A stretch of 64,000 bases of DNA from assembly GCF_006345805.1 (NCBI RefSeq), contig NC_042998.1, positions 195,672,001 through 195,736,000 on the forward strand, given 5' to 3'. Below the pieces are notes generated by a model. It was not told the DNA's origin, did no database searches, and saw only the letters and a program-made list of their open reading frames with translations. Source of the stretch: Octopus sinensis (lineage: Eukaryota). Positions 52,862 through 64,000 of this stretch are shown piece after piece. A program made the position numbers and the translations under genes. Position 1 is the first letter of the stretch, and every line of letters begins with the position of its first letter.

Positions 52862-53511
52862 ACGGGTGAGAAAAGGCCGTCATGCAGGATGACGGCAATG
52901 GAGGGTGTTGTCATTGCTGATGGATCGCAGTCCAATGCCAATGGTCTCGCAAGCTGTCACGCCAGCCGGTCTGAAGCGATCACGGAGGTGTTACAGGTGG
53001 ATGAAGCGGTTCTGTCTAGGCGTGGTCAGCCGGGGACACCCTCTGCGGGAACGTTCTGCAGTGCTGTTGGTGTTGTATCGCTGTTACAGGCAATAGATGG
53101 TGCTAACATGGACTTCGTAAGATTTCGCAACATCCAGGGCACGCTGCTCTGCTTGTAATCGGCCGATAGCTTGTTTTCTCTGCACCGCTGACAATCGGGT
53201 CATACCTGATGCGTCGAAATTACGAAAGCCAGGAACGCGGTTCAGTGTGATTTTTATACCCATATCTCCAAGAGTTGCATGTGCATTTCGGTTTTCATGA
53301 CAATTGTCTGCGACTGTCAGCTACGGTATTCTACACAGATGCGTTTTGGCGTCTCGTTTCAGGGAAAGTTGAAAGGTTACCTGTAATTTGGGTCTCAGCC
53401 ATAAACCAGCATGTCTTGGGATATATACGCTTACAGTCCCGAAATAAGTTTTCAGAATTTACCGCATAAAAATGACATTTGAAAAAATTGCGTTTCTTTT
53501 GCAGTTCAGCG
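52862..53511 (-). mobile_element. Tc1 deletion derivative retaining the left end and the DNA-binding N-terminus
   Basis: Left end TA|CGCTGAACTGCAAAAGAAACGCA at 53511; ATG at 53203; lacks the ~700-bp catalytic part present in the second copy. Confidence 0.75.
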
Positions 53512-53764
53512 TATGCACAAGTATGTATATTCATAAGCATACGCATATATCTCTCCTACATATGTGTGCGTTCTTGCTAATATGATAGTCTATAGTAGAT
53601 ATGAAGGTACATTGAGGAGGTATTATTATGATACACACACGCACAAAAACGCATGAACATACACACTTGCACGCCCGCCCTCACGCGCACACACGCGTGC
53701 GCGCGCACACGTAGTTCAAATGGTCAGAAAACGAAGGACAAAGACAGGTGACAGCTTGGTGAAG

Positions 53765-53801
53765 TCTTTCACGTTTCGAGCCCACGTTTTTCGGCAGAAG
53801 A
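53765..53801 (-). ncRNA. Degenerate hammerhead-like motif, family H3
   Basis: TCTT-CTGCCGA-A-AAAC-GTGG-GCTC-GAAA-CG-TG-AAAGA; stem II broken. Confidence 0.3.
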
Positions 53802-53875
53802 GGATGGGGTGTGAACAAAAAAAACGTGAGAGAAAAAATGCCATATATATATAATATATATATATATATTATATA

Positions 53876-53928
<53 letters not shown>

Positions 53929-53934
53929 CATACA

Positions 53935-53965
<31 letters not shown>

Positions 53966-54711
53966 CATACATACATGTATTATTTTTGTAAAGCCTGTTA
54001 CTTATCCTATGGGTATCTTTTGCCGAACCGCTAAGTTGCGGAGATTAATCACACCAGCACCGGTTGTCACGCGATGGTGGGGATCAAACACAGACAACAC
54101 ACACAAATCTCTTTCACATAAACACAAAATCTGTAACAGTCACTCAGACTCACTAACATATTCCCACATTCAAGTAAGCATGTGGCCATGCTCACACTTG
54201 CATGCAACTGTCTGCATTCTTTGCACCTTGCTGCTTCGTGCACAGTAAAAGAACACACGTGTGATTCAATGTTTGCACGTGCACTTTTGGCACACATATA
54301 TATTTCTACATGTACAACACAGGCGTTAAAAATATATGCACCAACAGACTGTCTAAGTCACGTACGCATCCCTATCTCCTTGATGTCTGCTATAAATATC
54401 ATCCAGGCTGAGATCTGTGATGTTCCTAATCATCTGTAATGTTTGCTGCCATCATTAAATGTAATTTTTATTTGGATGAACATTTATGAGGATAAATGCA
54501 GAGATGCGCCAGAAGGTTCAGCTTCAATGCAGCAGAATGGTAATGGACGACTGGTGAGTCAGTCTCTAGTGCAAATTCGATGTCCTTTTGATCCGTTTTG
54601 TTTAATGTCACACTTCGTTGTTGTCAATCTTCTGGAAAAAGGCGACTCGGACAGGTTGTAGGCGGATCCAGTACATCGAGATTATAGGGCGTGACATGTT
54701 CAAAACCGTGT

Positions 54712-55725
54712 TTACCCACCCTGGGTGTTCAAAACGGCCATACACTGTTGATACATGGAGTGCATGAGGCGGTTCGCAAAAGCCATTGGCACCTGTGTCC
54801 ACTCCCCGAGGAAAGCTGCCTCTAATTTTACGGGATTTGTCGGCTTTTTGACCACCTGGTTCAGCCGTCTCTGGATTTCATCCCACTGGTGTTCAACTAG
54901 GTTCGAATCCTGGCTTAGAGCAGGACACGGCATAATTCTGATATTGTGTTGACGCAGGAAGTCCATGATGACCCTGGCCGTGTGGGAGGGAGCATTGTCC
55001 AGCTGGAATATGTGACTAAGGTGACGCGCGATGTGAGGTCTCAGGATTTGGTCAACGTAGCGCTGAACTGTGATGCCATTCCCTCTGCCTGCACCAACAT
55101 TTTGGAACACATAGGCCCCATTTCACTGATTCAGACCTATAGCCCCCACAAACCATCATGCTTTGACTACCCCATGCGTCTCTCTCCATGCCACACGCGT
55201 CTCTGTATCGTTCACTCCTCCTACGCCACATCCTCGCTCTGACACCCGATGTGGAGACGGAGTACCAACCTTCGTCAAAGAAGACTATCGAGCTCCATTG
55301 TTGATGCCGCCAATGCCGGTGCTGTGTAGCCTACTCTAGTCGTGCATGACGGTGGTGGGCAGTGAGGACAGGCCCTCAAGCAGGACGACGGCAGAGGCAA
55401 GGTGTTGATGGGCAGCCGACGTCGTAAAGTGTCGTTGGTAATGGATCGCTGTCCAGTGCTAATGGTCTCGCAAGCTCTCACGCCAGCCGGTCTGAAGCTA
55501 TCACGGAGGTGTTACAGGTGGATGAAACGGTCCTGCCTAGACGTGGTCAGCCGGGGGCACCCTCTGCGGGGACGGTCTGCAGTGCAGTTGGGTGTTGTAT
55601 CGCTGTTACAGGCGATAGATGGTGCTAACATGGACATTGTAAGATTTCGCAACATCCAGGGCACGCTGCTCTGCTTGTAATCGGTCGATAGATTGTTCTC
55701 TCTGCACTGCTGACAATCGGGTCAT
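54712..55725 (-). pseudogene. Tc1 transposase pseudogene (near full length, frameshifted)
   Basis: MTRLSAVQREQ..., IVFFDEG, WRRRSERYRDAC, FQLDNAPSHTAR, PALSQDSNLVEHQWDEIQRRL. Confidence 0.9.
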
Positions 55726-56240
55726 ACCTGATGCGTCGAAATTACGTATATCAATCGTGGTTCAAGTTGATTTTTGTGTGTGTTGTGTTTGTGTGTCTGT
55801 GTGAGTGTGTTTGTGTGTGTGTTAGTGTGTGTATACGCAGTTTCTTACATTGTTTTTCTATGTGTTGCTAAAGAACGTATTTGCGTAATTCTCTCCCTGC
55901 TATTCTAGTATGTGTTACTCGGGTTAGCGGCCACCAATGAGGTAGATTTCCACAACACCTAATATACACATTCACAGATTTTAATGTTAAAAATAGATTT
56001 TGAGAATGGCCTCCGATTGAAAAAGTTATTTACGTTGTCTTTTATTTTTTACTTGTTTCTATCATTAGACTACGGCCATGCTGGGGGCACCGCCTTGAAG
56101 AACTTTAGGAGAACGAATCGACCCCAGTACTTATTGTTTTTTTGTAAAGCCTGTTACCACTTATTCAAGTTCAAGTCATTGATGCAATTTTATACCAATT
56201 GCTATTTTTACTTTTGTTATGTTACGATTATATTATACTT

Positions 56241-56340
56241 NNNNNNNNNNNNNNNNNNNNNNNNNNNNNNNNNNNNNNNNNNNNNNNNNNNNNNNNNNNN
56301 NNNNNNNNNNNNNNNNNNNNNNNNNNNNNNNNNNNNNNNN
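56241..56340. other. Assembly gap (100 N)
   Basis: Directly visible; it borders an S2 multimer. Confidence 1.
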
Positions 56341-57100
56341 TAAGTACCAGTTTACGCACTGGGGTCGATAAATCGACTTAATCCGTTTGTCTTTCCTTGT
56401 TTGTCCACCTCTGGTGTTTAGTCCCTTGTTTGGTAGTAAAGAAATGGGTATTTCGTCTCTGCCGCTATGTTCTGAGTTCAAATTCCGCCGAGGTCGACTT
56501 TGCCTTTCATCCTTTCGGAGTCGATAAATTAAGTACCAGTTACGCACTGGGGTCGATATAATCGACTTAATACGTTTGTCTGTCCTTGTTGTCCTCTCTG
56601 TGTTTAGCCCCTTGTGGGTAGTAAAGAAATAGGTATTTCGTCTGTCTTCACGTTCTGAGTTCAATTCCGCCGATGTCGGACTTTGCCTTTCATCTTTCGG
56701 AGGTCGAAAATAAAGTACCAGTTACGCCGGGGTCGATATATTCGACTTAATCCGTTTGTCTGTCCTTGTTTGTCTTCTCTATGTTTAGCCCCTTGTGGGT
56801 AGTAAAGAAATAGGTATTTCGTCTATCTTTATGTTCTGAGTTCAAAATCCAACAGAGGTCGACTTTGCCTTTCATTAAGTACCAGTTGCGTACTGGGGTC
56901 GATCTAATCGACTGGCCCCCTCCCCCAAAATTTCAGGCCTTGTGCTTAGAGTAGAAAAGACTCGTTAGCACGCTGGGCGAAATGCTTAGCAGTATTTCGT
57001 CTGCCGTTACGTTCTGAGTTCGAATTCCACCGAGGTCGACTTTGCCTTTCATCCTTTCGGGGTCGATAAATTAAGTACCAGTTGCGTACTGGTGTCGATC
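56341..57100 (+). mobile_element. SINE S2 multimer (at least three units plus tail), followed by another S2
   Basis: Head-to-tail units of ~185 bp. Confidence 0.88.
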
Positions 57101-57975
57101 TATTTCGGGTACTTATTTGTTTTATTCGTCAAGTTGCAACAAAATCGGCCTAACATTCAAAGTAGAGGCCATCGTGTTGCACCGTCTGAAGCCGTCTTTC
57201 TGCCAGTTCTTTGATCCCACACCGATACCAGCTCTTGTTCTTTGAGGGGAAGAATTCCTTCACTGAAGGATCCACCTCTTCTTGGTTGAAGAAACGTCAC
57301 GACTGTGGAAAGTGAGCGATGGATCAGAACCTGTAATAATCCGAAAGAGATATTTTTCTGTAATTTTATTGTGCATAAACAGTTCCGGAACCTTTTGACA
57401 AACATGGGCATGACGGACACAAGATGATGATCTGCGTCTCGTGGAATTTTGAGGGGATAATTCGCTACAAGTTCGTTCCGGATGGTCGAACCATCGATGC
57501 CAACTTGTACTCCGAACAGCTCCAGCGGATGAAGGCCATTGTCTGGCAAAAATACCCGGCATCGGTTAACAAAAAGTGAGTTCTTCTACAGCAAGACAAC
57601 ACAAGACCTCTCATACCGCTTGAAAGACCCGGAATAAACCCCAGAAACTTGAGGAAGTCAAACTGGTGCCACACCCAGCACATAGTCTGGCCCCTAACTC
57701 CCTCCGATTATCACTTGTTCCAATCCATGGCTCACTTCCTCTGCCCATGATGCTTCATCCACCAAGAAGAGGTAGAAGCTTCAGTGAAGGAATTCTTCCC
57801 CTCGAAGGACAAGAACTGGTGTCAGCGTGGGGTCAAAGAACTGGCAGAAAGACGGCTTCAGACGGTGCCACACGATGGCCTCTACTTTGAATTCTAAATT
57901 GCTTTTTGTTGTAATTTGATGAATAAAGCAAAGAAGTTACCCAAATATTGAAAAACTTCTGGCTCAACTCAATAT
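57100..57975. mobile_element. Mariner remnant arranged as a foldback (two 3' ends facing outward)
   Basis: Plus strand KMMICVSWNFEGII..., LQQDNTRPHTA, SDYHLFQSMAHF, FFPSKDKNW...DGLYFE*; ~57100-57350 is an inverted copy of ~57700-57945. Confidence 0.85.
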
Positions 57976-58769
57976 TTAGGAAAATCAACAATCCACTGTG
58001 GCCCTTTTAAAAAAAGTATATTACAAAGGGACACACTTAGAATTTTATACATTTTTCTTTGAGAAATATTCCTCAGTTTTTGTTTCAGGTGTCGTTTTCT
58101 TAGCGTAAACTAAGAGAAGGTTGTAGTCGTAAGGTTTTAAAGTAAGTAGAAAAATGTTTAGAGGTTTTGCTTCCGAATTATTACGTTCTGAGTTCAAATC
58201 TCACCTAAATCAGCTCTACTTTTAATATTTTTGGGGGTCGATAAAAAAAACGTACTGGCCCAGGGCGGTAGAGTGGCTGAATTGTTGAAGGATATTAACT
58301 CATTTCTTTGCAGAGTACTGAGATCAAATCCTACAAAGGTTGAGTATTCGTACTTTTGTTTGAGGGGCAACATGAGATGCCTTGTGGTATTTATTCCGAC
58401 TGATTTTGTTCCGAGCTCTTGAATGGTGTTCCATTACCCGATTAAACCATTCCAACAAGTCCTTGAATGGATTTAGCAGAGATCACACTGTTGTTGATGT
58501 TTGTGTTGGTGTTGGTGTAATTCTTGTTATTCTTTAATCAAATGACTTTTCTATTTTTATTTGTTTTTGTTATATCCATGTTAACACTTTAACGAGAAGA
58601 CATCAATACAAATCTGGTAAGGAAACGGATTATCCTGTCTCTTAAGCTCGGTTAATTCGCTGCCATTATGGAAATTCAGTTCTAAGCATTTAATTGTAAA
58701 CATTCAATGGAAGCATTCAGTTATATCCAGGCAAATCCTCCGATTTCATGACAAGGTCTTTCGAAGGTG

Positions 58770-58778
58770 CTGCCTCTT

Positions 58779-58829
<51 letters not shown>

Positions 58830-58930
58830 CTCTCTCTCTCTCTCTCTTTCTCTCTCCTTCCTTCTCTCTCTCACACACACACACACTCTCTCTTTCTCTC
58901 TCTGTCTCTCTCTTTCTCTCTCTCTTTCTT

Positions 58931-58961
<31 letters not shown>

Positions 58962-59290
58962 TCTCTTTCTCTCTATCCCCCTCCTCTCCTCTTCTCACAC
59001 ACACACAACACCACTCTCTCTTTCTCTAGGTCTCTCTCTTATCTTCTCTCATTTATCTCTCTCTCCTCTCTATCTCTCCCTTCTCCCTCTCTCCCTCTCC
59101 TCTCTCCTCTTCTCTCCCCTCTCTTCTCTCCCCTATCTTTCCTATTCTGTCTACGCGGTAAAACAATGTATTGTCTCTCTCACTCTCTCTCTCCCTCTCT
59201 CTCCCTCTCTCTCTCCCTCTCTCTCTCCCTCTCTCTCTCCCTCTCTCCTCTTCTGTCTACGCGGTAAACAATGTATTGTCTCTCTCTCTC
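58770..59290. repeat. (CT)n-rich array with a duplicated ~35-bp insert
   Basis: TCTGTCTACGCGGTAAA(A)CAATGTATTGTCTC occurs twice. Confidence 0.9.
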
Positions 59291-59330
59291 TTACTGTACG
59301 CCGAATTCATGAAGATTTTTGTCAAATAGA

Positions 59331-59595
59331 CGCAGGCGTGACTCTATGGTAAGAAATTTGCTTCCCAACCACATGGTTCTGGGTTCAGTCCCATTGCGCA
59401 GCACCATGGGAAAAGCTCTTCTACATCTCTTACGCACTGGGGTCGATGTAATCAATTTAATCCCTTTTCGAAATTTGAGGCCTTGTGCGCGCGCGCGCGT
59501 GTGTGTGTACCGAGCTGCCAAGTTATGGGGACGTCAACACACCAACACCGATTGTCAAGAAGTAGTTGAAGGCAAACAGATAGGCACACACACAT

Positions 59596-59626
<31 letters not shown>

Positions 59627-59820
59627 CGACGGGCTTCTTTCAGTTTCTGTCTATCAAATCCACTCACAAGGCTCTGGTCGGCTTGGGACTATAGTAGAAG
59701 ACACTTGCCAAGAAGAAGAACCCAACAACATGGTTCCGGGTTCAGTCCGACAGCGTGGTATTGAACCGGAAACGATGTGGTTGGGAAGCAGACTTCTTAC
59801 CCACACAGCGTCTCCAGCGC
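59331..59820. mobile_element. Rearranged S1/S2 composite
   Basis: S1 head on plus, an S2 tail piece, then an S1 body on minus. Confidence 0.7.
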
Positions 59821-60231
59821 CTAATATTTACAAGATCTACATTTACCTTGGCTGTCTGATTCGGCCTGGGGTGGGAGTGCTCTTTCAGGAGGGTCCATGT
59901 TTAGAGATCAAGACGAATATCTCGGAGTTGGAAGCCAGTAAGGAACCGATTGGTAGCCATTGCTTGACATTCTGTTGGTATTTAGTGACATCTTAAAAAA
60001 TACCAGTGCGACAGAAAAAGCTCCCATATTTTATACGGCTATTGATGTGACACTAATAAACCCAAACAGATGGTAAGGGTGTCTTCAGGTAGATAATGTT
60101 TTACCGTTTTGTCTCTTAGTTTTTCTCTTGGTCTGAAGTGGAACATATTTTGTGCTTGTTATTGAAGCTTTTGTCAAATGTGGTGAATATGATGTATTTC
60201 TGCTGCACCCTCTTATAACATTCGTTATTCA

Positions 60232-60482
60232 TGTGGTCACGTGACCGACCAGGCTATCAGATGTTGTCACACATCGCTGGTCACAATGCGCTTTTTGCAT
60301 TGTTTTAGCCTTCAAATGACGCCAGACCAAAAATCCTCCCCCTGATCGAAGGGGGACTGGAGCAACGTGAAATGAAGTTGTTTTGCTCAAGAATACAACG
60401 CGTCGCCCAGTCAGGGAATCGAACCCACGGTCTAGCGATTGTGAGTGCAACAGCCTAACCACCAGGCCACGCACCTTCAGCA
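60232..60482 (-). mobile_element. tRNA-derived SINE (S4-related); its 3' tail is also present alone at ~41630-41750
   Basis: Head GGTGCGTGGCCTGGTGGTTAGG...GGTTCGATTCCC; shared tail GTGACCGACCAGGCTATCAGATGTTG. Confidence 0.7.
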
Positions 60483-60504
60483 TTCATTATTGGATCCACT
60501 ATAA

Positions 60505-61530
60505 GGCGACGAGCTGGGAGAACTGTCAGCACGCCGGACGAAATGCCTAGCTGCATTTCGTCCGGCTTTACGGTCTGAGTTCAAATAACCACCGGCGTCG
60601 ACTTTGCCTTTCATCCTATCGGGATCGATAAAATAAGCACCAGCTAAGCACTGAGGTCGATGCAATCGATTAACCCCTTCCGCCAAAAATTTCAGGGCTC
60701 GTGTCGATAATACAAACGATTATCATTATTGTTGCTAAGGCGATGATCTGGCAGAATCGTTAACATGGGCTGGAGAAAATGCTTGGCTTTAAGTGAATGG
60801 CTTTAAGTCTTATCGACTAAGAAGCGAAGGGCAGGGTTAGCAAACTGTTTTTATTAATGGAACGCTAGACATTCTAGAAACACCCAAGAGAAACACCCAG
60901 CTTCTCGAAAAAATTCTTTTCTACTCTAGGCACAAGGCCCGAAGTTTTCAGGGAGGCGGCCAGCCGATTAGATCGACCCCAGTGCATAATAAGTACTTAC
61001 TTTGTCGACCCCGAAAGGATGAAAGGCAAAGTCGACCTCGGTGGAATTTGAACTCAGAACGTAAAGACAGACGAAATGCCGCTAAGCATTTCGTTCGGTG
61101 TGCTAACGTTTCTTATTTCTTTATTGCCCACAAGGGGCTAAACATAGAGGGGACAAACAAGGACAGACAAACGGATTAAGTCAATTATATAGAAACCAGT
61201 GCGTAACTGGTACTTAATTTTTCGACCCCGAAAGCTTGAAAGGCAAAGTCGACCTCGACAGAATTTGAACTCAGAATGTAAAGACAGAAGAAATACCTAT
61301 TTCTTTGCTACCCACCAGGGGCTAAACACAGAGAGGACAAACAAGGACAGTCAAAGGGATTAAGTCGATTACATCGACCCCAGTGCGTCACTGGTACTTA
61401 ATTTATTGACCCCGAAAGGATGAAAGGCAAAGTCGACCTCGGCGAAATTTGAACTCAGAACGTAGCGGCAGACGAAATACCGCTAAGCATTTCGTCCGGC
61501 GTGCTAGCGTTTCTGCCAGCTCCGCCGCCT
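60505..61530. mobile_element. S2 copies: ~60505-60710 (plus) and a multimer at ~60920-61530 (minus)
   Basis: Family consensus. Confidence 0.85.
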
Positions 61531-61794
61531 TACGCTTCTTGAATAATTAAGAATCACGTCTCACGAAACTGATGCTTTCGAAAAACTTAGAGAAGAGAGG
61601 TAACTCTATGACCTTTCTTACAAGAAGAGTCATTCAACTCTCTAGCTACCGCTACGCATCCTTTCGGGGTCAATAAAATAAATACTGGGGTCAGTATAAT
61701 CGACTTACTTCTCCCCTAAAATTGCTGGTCCAGCACCAAGATTTGAAATCTTTATTGTTGTTGTTGTTATTGTTATTATAATAATAATAATAAT

Positions 61795-61846
<52 letters not shown>

Positions 61847-61860
61847 CAACAACAATAATA

Positions 61861-62345
61861 ATTGGTACAACCACAAACCCGAAGGCATCATAGAAATTGA
61901 TAATGCAAAGATCCTGTGGGATTTTATGATTCAGTGCGACCATGAGATAGAGAATAGGAAGCCAGACATAGACTTAATTGAGAAAGAAAACAATCTATGC
62001 TGGATCATAGATATAGCATTCCCAGCTGACAACAAGGTATGCGATAAGGAAGAAAGAAAAGTCGAGAGAAATGACAGGTTAGCTTGGGAAGTTAAGCAGT
62101 TGTGGTCGATGAAAAAGGTAGCAGTAGTAATTGTCGGAGCCCTGGGAACAGTGAGTATAAATCTTGAGAAGTACATGAACAAATAGGGACTGCAATAAAG
62201 GGGAGCACTTGCAGAAAACAGCACTGCTTTGAATGGCTCGAATACTCCGAAAAGTGCTCTAAAAATAAGAGGTGTTATCATAGTTCACTGGTAGTGAACA
62301 GCTGACACCGTAGTACATCTCCAGCGTTAGAAACTGTGCAAAGGC
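61861..62345 (+). mobile_element. 5'-truncated R4/Dong-type non-LTR element (restriction-like endonuclease domain) ending in (TAA)n
   Basis: ILWDFMIQCDHEIENRKPDIDLIEKENNLCWIIDIAFP...EERKVER...VVIVGALGTV. Confidence 0.85.
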
Positions 62346-62346
62346 A

Positions 62347-62400
<54 letters not shown>

Positions 62401-62425
62401 TAATAATAATAATAATAATAATAAT

Positions 62426-62735
62426 TAATCGGCATGAGTATTTCTTGCGATCACAATATAGCGGTGAAAGAATTTGACACGATTAGTAAATATAAAGACT
62501 TGTTAATAGAAATTGAAAAAAATGTGGCATCTCAAGGCGACTACAGTACCAGTGATTGTAGGATCTCTAGGAATGATAAAAAAAAGGTACTGAAACTTAT
62601 TTGAAAATGATACCAGGCTTACCATCCCTACAGGAAGTGCAAAAATTCGTGTTAACTAGAACGGCTCATGTATTGAAAAGAGCATTATCGCTGTGAAAAC
62701 AAAATCCATCCATGAATTTATTTATTTATTAATTT
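62426..62735 (+). mobile_element. Second, different R4/Dong-type 3' fragment
   Basis: MSISCDHNIAVKEFDTISKYKDLLIEIEKMWHLKATTVPVIVGSLGMIKKG...LKRALSL*. Confidence 0.85.
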
Positions 62736-63771
62736 TTAAATACATATTTTACCTGTGAATTTGTGTGTGTAATCTGGGAATGCATACAATGAGCTTCTCT
62801 GTCCTAGGTGTACGGAAAACAACCGGCGAGAAACGGAAGAACATTTGAAGAAAGAAGGGAAAAAAATATAATAATCATAAAGATTGTAATTTTGGCAGAG
62901 GGCTATCGATTTTGAGGAGAGAAGGGAAATCGTGTACAATCGACCACAGTACATGACTGGTACTTATATTATCGATGCCGAACAGAAGGGATAAAAAGCA
63001 AAGTTGATCTCGGTGAGGTTTGAAATCAGAACATAAAAAAAAAACGGAAAATGTCATTATTAATAATTTTGTCCGATGCACTAACATTTAGGATCGGTTG
63101 AGCACCGGATATAATGCAACGGTGTACTTAGTTACGTTCCTAAACACATAACTATCGCACAATCACATCGCAAGATTTCGTTATGTTTGAGGTTCTATGG
63201 CCTAGAAAAGAAATCAATAACAAGCGTCTTTACAACGTCACATTTTCTTTCTCTTCTTTCAGCTTCTAATTCCGAAGTCTTCTGCCACGTCTTAATTATT
63301 CTAATTGCTAATTACTCTACAAATTACTAAAAGTTTATCACTTCTATCAACGCAACATTTTAATTTTATTTGATGTATTTTTCCAGCAGGTGATTAATTA
63401 GTGCAGAAGATAAATACTAATCAGCTAATCTCCTCTTGCCTTCGACTTCAGCGGCCAACAGTGGGGAGGGTCTCATACGTGGTCGCTTATCTATTTATTT
63501 ATTTTGAGATGGTAAGGTACGATTTCATGAAGATTTGACTTCCATCTCTAGCAATTAATGCGTCCGCTTGGAATGACCCTATTTTGATTCGTTTGCATTG
63601 AAGCTGCTGTTGTTGTTGTTGTTGTTGTTTCTACTGCCAAACAGAGGGGTCCATGTAGTCGACTCGCCCCGTCCCACAAAATTTCAGGCCTCGTGCTTAT
63701 TGAGCACTGGGGTCGATGTTATCGACTAACCTCCATTCGCACCCCAAAAGTTCCAGACCTTGTGCCTATAG

Positions 63772-64000
63772 GAGTGGCTGTGTGGTAAATAGCTTGCTTA
63801 CCATACACATGGTTCTGGGTTCAGTCCCACTGCGTGGAACCTTGGGCAAGTGTCTTCTACTTAGCCTCAGGCCGAAAAAAGCCTTGTGAGTGGATTTGGT
63901 AGACGGAAACTGAAAGAAGCTCGTCGTATGTATGTATGTATGTATGTATGTATGTATGTATGTATGTATGTATGTGTCTGTGTTTGTCCCCCCAACATCG
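63772..64000 (+). mobile_element. SINE S1, cut by the window end
   Basis: Family consensus. Confidence 0.88.

Overview
This is eukaryotic, AT-rich DNA saturated with microsatellites, and it has one 100-N gap (56241-56340). The SINE families and microsatellite density look like an octopus (coleoid cephalopod) genome; that assignment is an inference from remembered repeat types, not a database result. Almost all long ORFs in the supplied track are microsatellite artefacts. The supportable content is as follows. (1) At least four tRNA-derived SINE families, with dozens of copies. (2) Decayed DNA transposons: two Tc1 (DD34E), a mariner foldback, two hAT elements (one with intact 8-bp TSDs), MITEs and three non-autonomous Helitron-like copies. 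(3) Decayed non-LTR elements: CR1/L2, RTE, Ingi-like and two R4/Dong-type RLE fragments in (TAA)n. (4) Several small candidate exons on the minus strand with canonical splice sites and fibronectin-III-like peptides; one of them appears to be split by the hAT insertion. (5) The most unusual signal: four distinct families of short non-coding repeats, mostly sitting in (TA)n tracts, each carrying a minimal type-I hammerhead ribozyme motif with a palindromic stem III. Two families show compensatory base changes, consistent with non-autonomous Penelope-like or retrozyme elements. No ribozyme activity, transcript or homology search was tested. Repeat boundaries are approximate unless a TSD or TIR is quoted.
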